Positions 39,050 through 51,336 of a DNA stretch of 64,000 nt are shown piece after piece. A program made the translations under genes and the position numbers. The notes below the pieces were generated by a model. That model was given only the letters and a program-made list of their open reading frames with translations. It did not search any database and had not been told where the DNA came from. Where the stretch lies: assembly GCA_028534125.1 (NCBI GenBank), contig CM052816.1, positions 54,128,001 through 54,192,000 on the forward strand, given 5' to 3'. This DNA comes from Lama glama. Its lineage: Eukaryota. Every line of letters starts with the position of its first letter. The stretch's first letter is position 1.

Positions 39050-40440
39050 TAAAGCCTCGCCTTGTTAGGGACTTCAGTTCCCATGATCATGTGGGAAATG
39101 CCTTAAATTATCAGTAGCAACGGTCCTGACCGGCACTTTCCCGGCTGCCCGCGGAACGTGGGAAGATGACGGGGAATAAAACTCTGGTAAATACATCTCA
39201 GGCGCTGCCCAGGTGGATTCAGACATTGGCCAAAACGAGCTGCCGAAAGGGAACCGCGCGCGGGGGCGAGCATTTTACGTCCAGACTATTGTCGTTTTCC
39301 TCGCCACGCCTGCTGGCAACCGGCTCCAGACTCGCGGTCCAGCTCCAGCTTGCGCACTCCCCACCTCGACGCCCCCACACCACCTCCGTCGCCCCTCCCA
39401 CCCTCAGATTTCCCTTTCTTTTTTTTTTTTCTTTCCTTTTTCCTTCTCCCCCTAATCCCCACCCCTAGATGCTTCTGCTCTGAAGTCTTGGAAGAAATGA
39501 TTTAGTTTGTTTATACTGCTATAAAAATCAAGACCAATAGAAAAGTCATAAAATGAAGCGGGCTATCAATCACGCCGCAACATTGTTATTCAGCGGTTAC
39601 TAACAGAGATGGATAATCCTTTGATTTCGTCCCATTGTTATTACTCTGATGTGTCTTCACATTAACTATTACACATTTATTTATCGACCTGAAAGATGCA
39701 ACAAAACAGAATATACGAGCGTGTGCGCGTGGGAGAACGCTGCACGGCTCGCGGCTGTTCTGGGGGCGGCTGTGGGATGGGGACACAAACTCTTGTGTGC
39801 ACACACGTGTAGGCCCAGCGCCCTTCTCCTTCTCTCTCCAGGTGGCGGCTTCTCCTCCCTCGGCTGTGTGGGCTTCCGCGGACCTGCCTGTTTGGACGAT
39901 CCGGGTGCAGCAGCTAGGCCCCCTGTCTCTTCCTCTGACACTTCTCCCCACCTCTGCCCCTGCGTTCTGGTCTTGGATATCCCCCAAGCTCCACCCAGGT
40001 GGGCAAAAACCCCTGCGAGTCCCCGGAAACCCGCAGCCAAGTGCGCGATGGGGAGCCACGTACAGGGCGCGCGCCGCCCCCCACCCCCACCCCCAGGCCG
40101 CTATCCGGTCTCCTACCGCGCGCTCCCGGCCCCTTAGCTTCTAGATTTGGGATTTTGAGGAAGAGAAGGGAAAGCTTTTACTTGAAGAACTCTATTTGCT
40201 TTAGGTCTAGGTATTCTCCTCCCAACTAAGCCTTTCTCGAAAGGACACCAGGCGCTTGCCGAACACCCTCGCGGCTCCCAAACACGTCGTCGCCGCTCGT
40301 GCTCAGCCAAGTCGCAGCTGGCGATCCCGGCACCCCAGTTCCACTTAGCGTTGGCAGCAGCTGCGGCGACCGCTGAAGCTCTGCCAGGCCCCGAGCTTCC
40401 AGAGAAGCGGTCTCCGCGCTCGGAAGGAACCGGTGTGGCT
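39050..40440. promoter_or_regulatory. CpG-rich segment upstream of OTP
   Basis: Elevated CpG and GC content; no recognisable interspersed repeats. Confidence 0.65.
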
Positions 40441-40453
40441 TATGACTGGTACT

Positions 40454-40509
40454 CACACGTGTGTGTGTGTGTGTGTGTGCGCGCGCGCGCACGTGTGTGT
40501 GTGTGCATG
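40454..40509. repeat. Compound (GT)n(GC)n(GT)n microsatellite
   Basis: 56 bp of uninterrupted purine-pyrimidine alternation; complementary (CA)n tract at 40627-40659. Confidence 0.95.
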
Positions 40510-41399
40510 GGAAGGGGGAAAAGGGCTGCAGAAGAGAAGGAAGAGGAAGCAAAACTGCCCCAGGGTTCGCCTTGCTGCCTCCTTTGTCTCCTTGCTTGGT
40601 CCTTGTCACACACACCACAGCTAAGGACACACACACACACACGCACACGCACACACACAATTCCTTTCGCATCTGCTCTCAGGCAGCATTTGCAATGTTT
40701 TGTGTAAGTCAATTGGACGGCAAACAAAAAAAGCCATTTGTTCGATATTATTTAAAACAGACTTCATAGGGCCACCCTTTTGTGGAAGCTTTATTTGCAC
40801 TAAATGAATAATCTTAATTGCATCACTCTCGAATTAAAAATCAATGTTAATCAAGTTGAGAGTAGTAAATACCAGTTTTCATTGTGCCTGGATAGACGGC
40901 ATTTTTCTTGTGTTGCAAATAAAAATACAAGTCAAATAACTTTAAAAGGGCATTATGTTCTTTCTGCTACAAATACAATTGAAACGGATTGTTTAGGAGC
41001 AGATCAGAAATGGTACAGAATTTTGCACTTAATTTCCTCAGTTATCATTTACAATAAGAACCTCTAGGCTTGACAGCCAAGTCTAAACAGTAGTAAATTA
41101 GTACAAATTTATACTGATTTTACTCTAATAATCGTAATAAAAGCTTATAGATTTGGCACTAATTACATAAATGCCTAATGATCTTGAAAATTACTCTGGT
41201 TAGAAATATATTACTAATCTAAACTTTGTTGTTGGCTGGCTCTGAAAAATCAGAGCATTAGAAATGGTTCGCTTCACTTGTGCAAAGCACTTTAAATTGT
41301 TCAAGTAGTTTAACATATTCGAGAGGAAAATAAAGAGCATTTAACTTTATTTACAGCCTGAAGTGGAGTTGGGAGCCGAGCTGAATTTAGAAACTTTGA

Positions 41400-42332
41400 C
41401 CAAACGAGCGGGGTGTGGGCCAGGATGCGAGCTCGGGCCCGGCGGAGGAGCGGGAGCCGGGCGCGAAGGGTCCCAAGTGCAAGAAGAGGCACAGCGCTCG
41501 GGTCCCTGAAGCCGACCTCGGGCCCTGGAAACGCCGGGGGAGTCGACTCCTGTTTTGCGCTGGAGGCCTGCCGCGGGGCTGGGACTCGGTAGGCCCAGAG
41601 TCCCAGCCAGAGAGTCTGGACGCTAGGCGCAGGCCCCTTGGGCGGCAGCGAAATCTAGGCGAGGTCTGGAGGGCACGCTGTGCCCTTGTTGTGCTCGGAA
41701 TTGGCAAACCTGCTCCAGCGGCAGGCCAGTGTTACTCAGAGCGCGCAGGCGTGGCGACTCTCGGGTCACCAGGGGGTCATGCCCTGCTCTGTCCCCTGAC
41801 CTGCCTCTGCCTCAGCCTCAGGAAGATCCTAGCTCAAAGAGACAGGGCTGCGCCTTCGAAGCGAGCTGGGCAGGACAAGGAGAAGGGAGGGTGTTCCTGG
41901 AGAAAATCGCAGAGTAGAACTACCGGAGGCCGGGCCCAGAAGCCCAGGGCGAGGGCCAGGCGGCTGCTGCTGCTTTAGCAGCTGCTCGGGGCTGGAGCCG
42001 CCAGGGCTGCCGCCGCCGCCTCCTCGGGCGGGCGCGGGCGGGCGGGCGGGCGGAGTGGGGGACTCTCCGGGCGCTGACATTTGCAGGCTGCCCTCCTGAT
42101 TGGTCCCCTCGCCGAGCTGCTCACGGGTTCATTCAACTGTTAAGCACCTCCCCGTCTCTCTAAAGGACATTATAATGCAAGAAGCCCCCTTTTTAACCAC
42201 AAACCGAATTTTCTTTCATTTAGGTGATCTATATATATCTATATCGTGTAGCTTATAGCTTATATCTATTTTAAATAACTTAAAGCCGCTAAAATTTGGG
42301 GGGGAACAGCTTTCGCCCTGGAGCGGTGCGCG
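41400..42332 (+). promoter_or_regulatory. OTP: OTP promoter CpG island and 5' leader
   Basis: Tandem GC boxes (gggcgg) at about 42026-42053; inverted CCAAT (attgg 42099-42103); TATA-like AT runs at 42170-42175 and 42230-42278; the TSS cannot be fixed from sequence alone. Confidence 0.75.
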
Positions 42333-42369
42333 ATGCTGTCTCACGCCGACCTCCTGGACGCCAGGCTAG
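42333..42369 (+). CDS. OTP: Orthopedia homeobox, coding exon 1 (MLSHADLLDARL-G)
   Basis: ATG at 42333; 37 nt; donor gtgagt at 42370; matches the OTP N-terminus [21 protein letters not shown]. Confidence 0.96.
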
Positions 42370-43657
42370 GTGAGTGCGCGTCTCTCGCCCGGGCAGCCAG
42401 GAGAAGCACGGGCAGGAAATTGTCAATTTGTTCCTTATTTTATCTTAATGCGCCCTAAATGGACTAATTTCTTTAAAAGTAATTGTGCTGCATTAAAGTT
42501 TAATTTGATTTAACATCGTCTTTAAAAAAAATCTATGGAATATGTAGATCCAAAAAAGGAGTTGGGAAATGTTGTTATTTTTGTTTTTCTTATTTTTTCT
42601 CTTCCCCCTCCCCCTTATTAGTTTTTTTTTTTTTGAAAGGAGCGATCTACCCCGTGATAATTTGTTTGGAGGTGTTTTTCTTTCTCTCTCTTCTGTTAGC
42701 GTTGATTTGAGATTTCTCTTCTCTTTTTTCCTCTCTTTCTCTCTCCCCACTGCCTCCTTCTCTCCTCCTCGTCTAAGTATGGTTGAATTTGTAAAAATCT
42801 GGCTTGAAGGAAAAGCCGCTGCAATAGAAGTGGATTTACTAAATGTGCTCTTTGAGAAAGGAGAAAAGCCAAATTCATCCTCACAGGCATCCGGCCTGCA
42901 AAAGGACTCGGCATTGCCAATGGCTGAGAGGAACGTGACTTTTATTTCTCTGGAAAGAAAAGTTGAATTCTCTAAAGTTTGATTCAGTGTTATGTCTAGA
43001 GCGTTTACTTGAGTTTCCTTAATGCTGTCTCTGTTGCTGGGCTCTGGGTTTCCGGTCTGAGAATCTTTGGTGATGGATGTGACTCCATTTCTCAAACACT
43101 TTCTCTGATTTGAGGGGGAGGCGGAGCTGATTTGGGTTGATTTCGGGGGGTGAAAGGCTTGGAGACTTATCCATCTTCCGAAAATGAGAGGGAATCGGCT
43201 GAGGGCCGGAGGTAGAGTTAGGCTGCCTAAGAGCAGGTGGGGCAACAACCAAGGAATCGTTTCATTTTCTTTCTTTCTATTCTTTTCTTCCCCCCACCTC
43301 CTGGTCCGAGGGTATGCTCTCGGGTTCCTGGGGTGCCAGGGGTACGGTTCATGAAAGTGTCTCCGAGGCATGTTTCATTGCCGGGACTGGGAATGTTTCT
43401 TTGTGGGGGAGTCGAAAGCATGGGCTGTTCACTACGCGACACCAATGCGGAGAGACGGGAAAAGGCCGGGAGACAGTATTCCAGCCTGGCTGTCCAAATC
43501 CTGGGGAACCTAGCTGAGCATCCCGAGAGTTTGCTCCACAGGGCGACGGTGGGTGCCGAGGGAGCCGAGGATGGGGCTGAAATCGGACCGCGCGGGGAGA
43601 ACAGTCCCTTCTGGCATGGCCAGGAAAGTAGTGACCGCCATCCCCTTGCCTCCTCAG

Positions 43658-44067
43658 GTATGAAAGATGCCGCCGAGCTTCTGGGACACCGGGAGGCGGT
43701 GAAGTGTAGGCTGGGCGTGGGGGGCTCCGACCCCGGGGGCCATCCAGGGGACCTAGCGCCCAACTCCGATCCAGTCGAGGGAGCCACTCTGCTGCCCGGG
43801 GAGGACATCACTACAGTGGGCTCTACGCCGGCCTCGCTGGCGGTGAGCGCAAAGGACCCGGACAAGCAGCCGGGGCCTCAAGGTGGCCCGAACCCCAGCC
43901 AAGCAGGCCAGCAGCAGGGCCAACAGAAGCAGAAACGCCACCGAACCCGCTTCACACCCGCGCAGCTCAACGAGTTAGAGCGGAGCTTCGCTAAGACTCA
44001 CTACCCCGACATCTTCATGCGCGAGGAGCTGGCGCTGCGTATCGGGCTGACTGAATCCCGAGTGCAG
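43658..44067 (+). CDS. OTP: Orthopedia homeobox, coding exon 2 (N-terminal region and homeodomain helices 1-2, [46 protein letters not shown])
   Basis: Acceptor tcctcag at 43651-43657, donor gtacgc at 44068; 410 nt restores frame with the 37-nt exon 1; paired-like homeodomain. Confidence 0.98.
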
Positions 44068-47000
44068 GTACGCGGGGCTTGGGCGCCAGGGTAGAAGACA
44101 AAGATGGGGCGGGAGGATTTGGGCAAAGGAAGCGGGGTCTTTCCTTCCGCTGAAGGGATCCTGGGCTGCACTTTCTCAACCTATGCGTTCCTGGGTCAAG
44201 TTAGCTCCTCCGCCAGCAAACTGGCCTCATCGATGGACAGACAGGGCCCACATCTCCTGCCAGTATAACCACATTCCCACAGAACTCTTCTAAAGAGAAG
44301 CCAGCATCGTTTGACTGCTAGGTCTCTTTCTTCTCCCTGAGAAGGGAACCTCTGGGTCTCCAACCTTCCACGTCGACCAGGCTGATAAACCGAGTGCGCA
44401 ATCCACTCCAGCTGGCGTTATTGACAAATATTTCATTACCCCCCTAATGAGTTTGTCTTAAGCATTTGGATAAATGGGAGGATGCAACATTTATACAGAA
44501 AACATGAAAAGGGAGTAAATAAGGCTAAATGGGTGTCGTTTTAAAGAAAAGATCTACACCTGGGTTTCACGGTGTAGCTTTATTCTTCATAACAACCGTC
44601 CCGCCACTCTCTGGCAAAATACCCCTCGCTCTGATGTTTACAAAGGGTTTGAACTTTGGTGGTCTACCAATGCGCTTTGGGCGGATGGAGACTCGATCCC
44701 CTACAGCCTATGAGCCCTGGTTTTTCCCAAGGAAACTTGGGAGGTGAGGGGAATGAGGGCTTTCTGTTGTAGATATCGGTTTGAAGAAAGGACATTTGGG
44801 GCAGAAGAGATTGACAGATAGTAAACGAAATCATTACTGACCCCTTGTTCTCGTCCAACCACCCTCCAAGTTGCAAATTGTATATAACTTAGAAAATCAC
44901 ACCTGTAACTTTTCTGAAAATCGGGGAATAAAAGTATAGCCCAATAAATCTCAGATTTTTTCCCGCTTTTTTAAAGAATGAAAACATTTTATCAAATATT
45001 TTATGGGTAGGTGCTGGAGGTGAAATTTCAAGACGAGCGCTTTGTCTTGAGCTATCCAGGGTGCTGAAAACCTTCCTTTCCTGTCTTGGACGTGGTAGTT
45101 TCTGTTCATTATCCTGGGTGTCGATCTCTGCTCTAGCTGCTTTTACAAATTTGAGAGATCTCCATTTAACAAATTTTAAACATCAAAGATTAAATATCTC
45201 AGTTACTTTACATTTGATCTAACAAGTAAGAGACAAGGGTGTCCATAATCACAGTATTGAATTTTTCTGTCTCCATTCTGCATTTTAAAGAGAGTGTAAC
45301 CTGGAAAAATAGGGTATCTTTCTGTTCTAAATCGTTAGCAAATGAATATCACTGGGGACTTAAAGTGGTTCAGTTAATAAAGTAATATACAGAGTATAAC
45401 GTAGACGAATATTTTTACCCAATATAGGTCTGGGTGGTTTCATTAGTGAACTCTGGAAGCCCCGAACTATGGGCTGTTGAAATTATGCATCAAAGTCATG
45501 TTAATTGTATTGTGCAGATATATTTCATTAATGCTTTAAAGACTTTAAACCTTGCATCTCTTTTAAAATCTGAAATTGAGTTCACACCTTAACAGAAATA
45601 TACAGTTTCAATATTTCCATTACCATTAATGAGAATACTGGCTTGTTAAAATCCTGGAGGTTCAAATTTCATAAATTTGTTTTTTGTCCTTCAAGAGAAA
45701 TACTACCTAATATTTTTTATTTTAAAGAGTAAAATGCTGTTGCTTAACCTAGACATACTAGTAATTAGTTTGAATTAAAATAGAACTTAGAATCACAAAT
45801 AAAATATAATTGGACAACTGACTTTATGAAAAAAGAAAACGAGGTCTATTAAACTTTATTAGGTCTTCCAAAGGTTAATGGCAGTGATTCTTTTAATGTA
45901 AAAAGTTGTAAATGAAATAAAACACAAACTATGTAATGGAAACAGTTATTTTCAAGAAGTACACAAAAGAATAATCAAGAAGAAAGAGACAAAGTACTTT
46001 AATTGTTCTATCATAATGTTCATCCAAAGATAATAGCTTGATGCTGCTGATAGGAACAATTTAATAGAATGGCAATTTCAATATTTTAAAAAAATAATGC
46101 TCCAGAGTTTAAAAAGTAATCAGATCAACATAACCTTCTTAATTAACATTTCAAAATGATTAACATTATGTAATGTAATGCAAAAATAATTTATGGAAAA
46201 TGTATTTACTTCACAATTCACTGTACCATTGCTCCTTGACCAAATTCAAATTAAATAGTAATTGGTTTATGTTCTTATATGATGAGTACTTCATAGTTTT
46301 CTTTATAGTTAACAGATTGCCACACATTCTTTTCAGTATGTGGGCCACTGTACTGATTAAAAATGATCTAAACACTTAATTTATTGCAACTGTATGTTTT
46401 AAAAGATACTTTTTGATTCTAGACTAAATGATCCAGCGTACTTATTTTTATCTATACCTGGCATATATCATACTTTTAAGTATTTGTTAAAGCACCTCTA
46501 CTCACTCGGAGGCCAATTCCATGTCTGATATCGCTCCTCTTTTCTGGCTAGTGTAATAAAACCATTCCTTTTATAGCATGCCATTATTAGAAACCAATTT
46601 CAGAATTATTTATAACCTGGAATGGCTTATTAAGCAGCAATGCGAGAATCATGCAAATTATGCGATCAAATGCAATATAATAAGCATAATCATTAGTCTC
46701 TAGCACGGATTAATTAACTTTCAATATTTTATTTACATAAAAACCAAATCAGTGAAATAACTTCTGCACAGTCAGGCTTGCCTTTCAATATTTTATACGA
46801 ACAAAAATAATGTGCTGTAATTCCATTGACCGTGTCCCCCAGAATGGCCCTGTCACCTGCCACATCTTAATAGGGGGACAAGCTGAGAGTATTTTCTAGT
46901 TTTCTAATGGAATGAGAAATTGCATTTTCTTCCTCTCCCAGCACTATTAAAGTGTAATGAATTCGGCCCAGAGTTCACGGCTGGCTGATCGAAATGAACC

Positions 47001-48540
47001 TGAGATCTAGGCTTTAATACAGCTCCCCAGATTTCCTCCCAAATCTTCACATTAATCATTTGCTGGATTCCAATGAGATCTTCATAAAGCGTTTGCTTTG
47101 AGGGGGGAAAAGTAATATTCTCTCTTTCTCCCTCTCTTTCTCTATTTCTGAGCCATTTATAGGTGGGGAATTAAACGGGCTATATATTTTAAAATACATT
47201 TACAGTATGTCTATATTACTGTAACAGCAGATATCATGAAAGTGGATTTTTAAATTCCAACCTCCATTAGATTCTCACTGTTGTATTAAGCATTTTCTGA
47301 GAAGAGCTGCATTTCAAACTGAGTACAAAGTTGGCCGTGGCTGCGGTTAATATATTTCCTGGAGTTGTCATCTGTGCATTCTCAAAATCTCCCTTAGGTT
47401 TTGCCTGCATTTTAATCCGTCATGCTCTAGTTTTCAAGTGGAAACATTCACATTTTAAAAACATATGCATCATAGCTTGGAACGGAGGTTCTCAGACCCC
47501 ATGAAGATTTTTTTCCCCAACCCCAGTAAGCCATGAAACATAAAAAATTTTGTAGCCATCATTTGACTACTAACCCTCAAACATAATTGAGCACGATTTT
47601 TCGATTATTTCTATAATATTTAGTTCTTCAACAGCTGTTCTTTTCTGCTCGTGCCTGAGGTTCAGAAACCTTTCTGGCAGTCGTATTTTCTACTGAAATT
47701 CTTTGGGGTAATTTCTCCTCCCTTTCTTTTTTCTGCTTCTTTCCCCACTTTTCCAACCACATCTGCCATTCTCCCTCCCTAACCCACCAACCCGTGCCCG
47801 CCTCAAACATCCAAACATTTGGGGAATCACTGACACTTGCAGGGGACTAGGAATCGGTCTTTATAGATACGTTTCAAAAGATACGTGGGTGCGGAGTGTG
47901 AGGTGTGGGAATCTCACAGACAGAGGCACCGTCCCTTTTAGGGCTCCACCTGGTCTACTTCTCGCAGTCCTGCTTTGCATGGGGAAGCCAAAGCGACCTG
48001 TGGCAGCAGTTCTCGAGGTGCTTTTGTGGGCTCCTGCGGGTGACTCTCCGAGGAAGGTCGCTAACAGCTCAATCCGCGGCAGGCCGCATTGATCCCAGCC
48101 ACCATCTCGGGTCCTGCTGCTTCATTAATTCACCGCGCCACAAGCTCAAGGGGCTTTAGCAGGAAAAGGACCCAGCATCTTTACCCAATCCGGACACTGG
48201 AGTAAGCAGAAACTTGGGAAACAGGGTAGAAACCAGAGAAAGCTAAAGTGGTGGGCGATGGGAAGGGGAAGGTAGAAAGGTCAGGGTGGCCCAAAGGCGG
48301 GCGAAAATTCTAGACTGCAATGCCGTTCACATTGGTAAACAGAATGTCTCTGCATTTGCATGGGTGTGCAAAGCTGGCTTATGGGGAAGGGGATCAGGTA
48401 CCCTCATACTCATGATACTTAAGCTTGCAGAATAAATACTAAATAGCTTGGATTAATGTGTGACCTTTTGGCCATGAATAGGGTGGTCAAACAGTATAGG
48501 CCAAATTCTACGAGGAAACTCAATCAGTCTCTGGGCTGCA

Positions 48541-48681
48541 TCCCACCATCTGTTCCTTGCCCTGTCTACGCAGTCACATCCATGCAGCCCTCTATTAGCT
48601 TGCAAAAGAATGCTTTTATTTCACCTTACTTTTGTTTTCTTAAGCACAACTGTGTGAGGATATTGAAGGGAAGGCTTCTCA
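48541..48681 (+). repeat. 141-bp direct repeat, copy 1 (OTP intron 2), followed by (AC)n at 48688-48714
   Basis: Ungapped match to 51337-51477 at 133/141 positions (manual count). Confidence 0.95.
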
Positions 48682-49961
48682 AAGGGTACACACACACACA
48701 CACACACACACACATAAAACCTCCAACTGACTAGATGTTAAACTGCTTAAACTGCAAGCTTGCCAAGTGGCCATGCTGGCATTTTTTTAAATTAAAAGAT
48801 CAAATTCAAATATGGGGAGGGGGGAGGTTATCTTGGTCAGGCAGCTTACTTGATATCTTTCAGGAAGAACCCTTCCTTCCCCTGTGGTAGTGAATTTGAC
48901 ATTCATAGGCAAATTTGTCTGGTAAGGTCTGAAATTCTAGGGTCACTGTTAAGAAAGAACTAGTAAGAGGTTTATTTTCATTTTGAGTATATTTTATCAC
49001 CACATTTCCTTTAGAAAGGCATCTGGGTTTGTCTAAGCAAAATTGAATTTGATTCATAACTAGTGTGAGCTTTAAACTTGACCTCCTTTAGTTTGTAGTG
49101 GTCAGAAAATTTGCTTTTAGTTTATAGGTGAAACAGGACTGGGGGTCGGGGGAGAGGGGGTTGAGGGAATTGGAGGCCTTGTTATTTGGGATCCTCAGTA
49201 AGTTCCTGAAAATAATAGATTTGAAGGCCCTGCGGCTCAGGGCTCTGGCAGCAGGTTCAAGCACACCTGCACAGCCCAGATAAAGGTGCCCTTAGAGGGT
49301 TCTGAGAATGAGGCACGGAGACTTTTGGCCGTAGTACCAATCGCTACGAATCAGAAGTCACAGTGGCGACCCAAACAACACTGTAGCTCAGTGGCACTCG
49401 TTTTCCCACACGGATCACTATATTAACCTCTCCGCTCTGTCATCCGTGGCGTTAGGGGTTTTCCTTTGTCTTTCGATTTTGAAACTGGCCATGTCATCCA
49501 TGGCCCTTCATCAATTTCCAAATTTCCAGCGTTTCTGAAAATTCTATACCCCATCAGTGTTGTAAGGCACGCTATTAAGCCACATGGGTACACATGTTTA
49601 TCTTCATTTGTACACCTGTGGGTCCAATCTTGACACATGCCTGCCTGCAGACCTGTGCATCTAAGCAGCGCACAGAATGTGCCAGCGTGCAGGGGCGTGC
49701 TGAACACTGCGCACAGTGTTTGCAGTGTGTGTAAGCGCTCTGTGGCACGATCACTCAGGACCCCGGAGTTGGTGCTCGGTGGATGCAAGGGGTGCCAGTT
49801 GACTCGTGGCTGGGTGTGGAGGCGTGCAGGGCCGATAGCACTTGTTCAGCCTGGAGCTGAGTGCGTGGACCTGACGCGGGTTATTCCAGGCTCAAGTCCC
49901 TGCCTCTGGCCGCCCCGCAGGCTAACAGTGCCCTGTGTGTCTCTCGTCCCGCCCGCTCCAG

Positions 49962-50492
49962 GTCTGGTTCCAGAACCGGCGTGCTAAGTGGAAGAAGCGC
50001 AAGAAGACAACCAATGTGTTCCGCGCGCCGGGCACGCTGCTGCCCACGCCAGGCCTGCCTCAGTTCCCGTCGGCCGCCGCCGCCGCCGCCGCCGCCATGG
50101 GCGACAGCCTCTGCTCTTTCCACGCCAACGACACCCGCTGGGCGGCGGCCGCCATGCCGGGCGTGTCGCAGCTGCCGCTGCCGCCGGCTCTGGGCAGGCA
50201 GCAAGCCATGGCACAGTCGCTGTCCCAGTGCAGTCTGGCGGCCGGGCCGCCGCCCAACTCCATGGGCCTGTCCAACAGCCTGGCGGGCTCCAACGGCGCT
50301 GGGCTGCAGTCGCACCTCTACCAGCCCGCCTTCCCCGGCATGGTGCCCGCCTCCCTCCCCGGCCCCAGCAACGTCTCCGGCTCGCCCCAGCTCTGCAGCT
50401 CCCCGGACAGCAGCGACGTGTGGCGAGGCACGAGCATCGCCTCCCTCCGCCGCAAGGCGCTAGAGCACACAGTCTCCATGAGCTTCACTTAA
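49962..50492 (+). CDS. OTP: Orthopedia homeobox, coding exon 3 (VWFQNRRAKWKKRK, poly-Ala8, OAR motif SIASLRRKALEH, stop)
   Basis: Acceptor ctccag at 49956-49961; Q50 recognition helix; TAA at 50490-50492; spliced CDS 978 nt = 325 aa, the expected length for mammalian OTP. Confidence 0.98.
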   Translation, partial: VWFQNRRAKWKKRKKTTNVFRAPGTLLPTPGLPQFPSAAAAAAAAMGDSLCSFHANDTRWAAAAMPGVSQLPLPPALGRQQAMAQSLSQCSLAAGPPPNSMGLSNSLAGSNGAGLQSHLYQPAFPGMVPASLPGPSNVSGSPQLCSSPDSSDVWRGTSIASLRRKALEHTVSMSFT

Positions 50493-51336
50493 TGCAGCCG
50501 CGCCTGGCCCGCTCCGCCCCCGGCGCCGCCCCCAGGTCCGCCCCGAGGCCCACGCGGCGCGTGTCCGGGCCCCCGCTCCCTGCCCGGGACCCGGCCCCAG
50601 CCCAAGCGCCCCGCCCCGTCCCGCCCCAGCGCTCAGCCCCGTTTCCGCCCGGCCTCCGCTACGTCTTGTTTGGTCCTTTCCTCTCTCCACCACTCTCTCG
50701 GGCTCACCCCAAGCCCCAGCCCGCGAGGCCTCCCCTCTGCCTGATTTCGCTCTCCCCTACCCTCCCCAAACCGACTCTCCCAGTCTCACCCAGCCCCTCC
50801 CACCGCCCCAACTCCAGCGTCTAACCCCACCCTTTCCCGCCACCCCTGGCCTCCTCGCTCGCACTCCTCGTGCTCGCGCCCTCCTCACGGCCTTCTGACT
50901 GGCGGCCTTCCCATCCACACTTTCAACAAGACGCCTATGACCCCTTCGCCCACCGCCTCCCCTCCGGTCCTTTCTTCCCCCACCATCCCGCCTCCGCACC
51001 TCACGCCCCTCCTCCCGCGCCCTGCAAAAAGCATCCTTCCCGCCATTTTACTTGCCAGGGAGTAGACTCAGGATCTGAAATCAGACACCAATGGACTGGT
51101 TTGTGGGCAGAAACACACACACTCGCACTCTCAGACGCTACAGACACACGAGCACACACACATACACAGTGCACCTAGGTCACACACGGACGTGTTCAAG
51201 GGACAGCACAATGTTAGGGATTTTTGTCTTAAAGGAGGACAAGCATCTGCTATCAATCACCTCATCTGAGGGCCCAAATGATTACAGTTTGATTTATCCT
51301 TGTATTCTTGCTCCGAAATCCTTTCTTTCTTTCCTC

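Noticed and set aside
43237..43657. About 140 open codons in intron 1, in frame with OTP exon 2
   Set aside because: The canonical exon 1 and acceptor already give the expected 325-aa protein. The extension has no recognisable homology and is plausible by chance in GC-rich DNA; only transcript data could revive it.
42493..43865. Antisense ORFs of 292 aa and 212 aa over OTP intron 1 and exon 2
   Set aside because: Low-complexity or antisense-shadow composition with no recognisable protein family.
49861..50824. Alternative-frame ORFs of 200 and 278 aa overlapping OTP exon 3
   Set aside because: GC-rich shadow frames with non-ATG starts.
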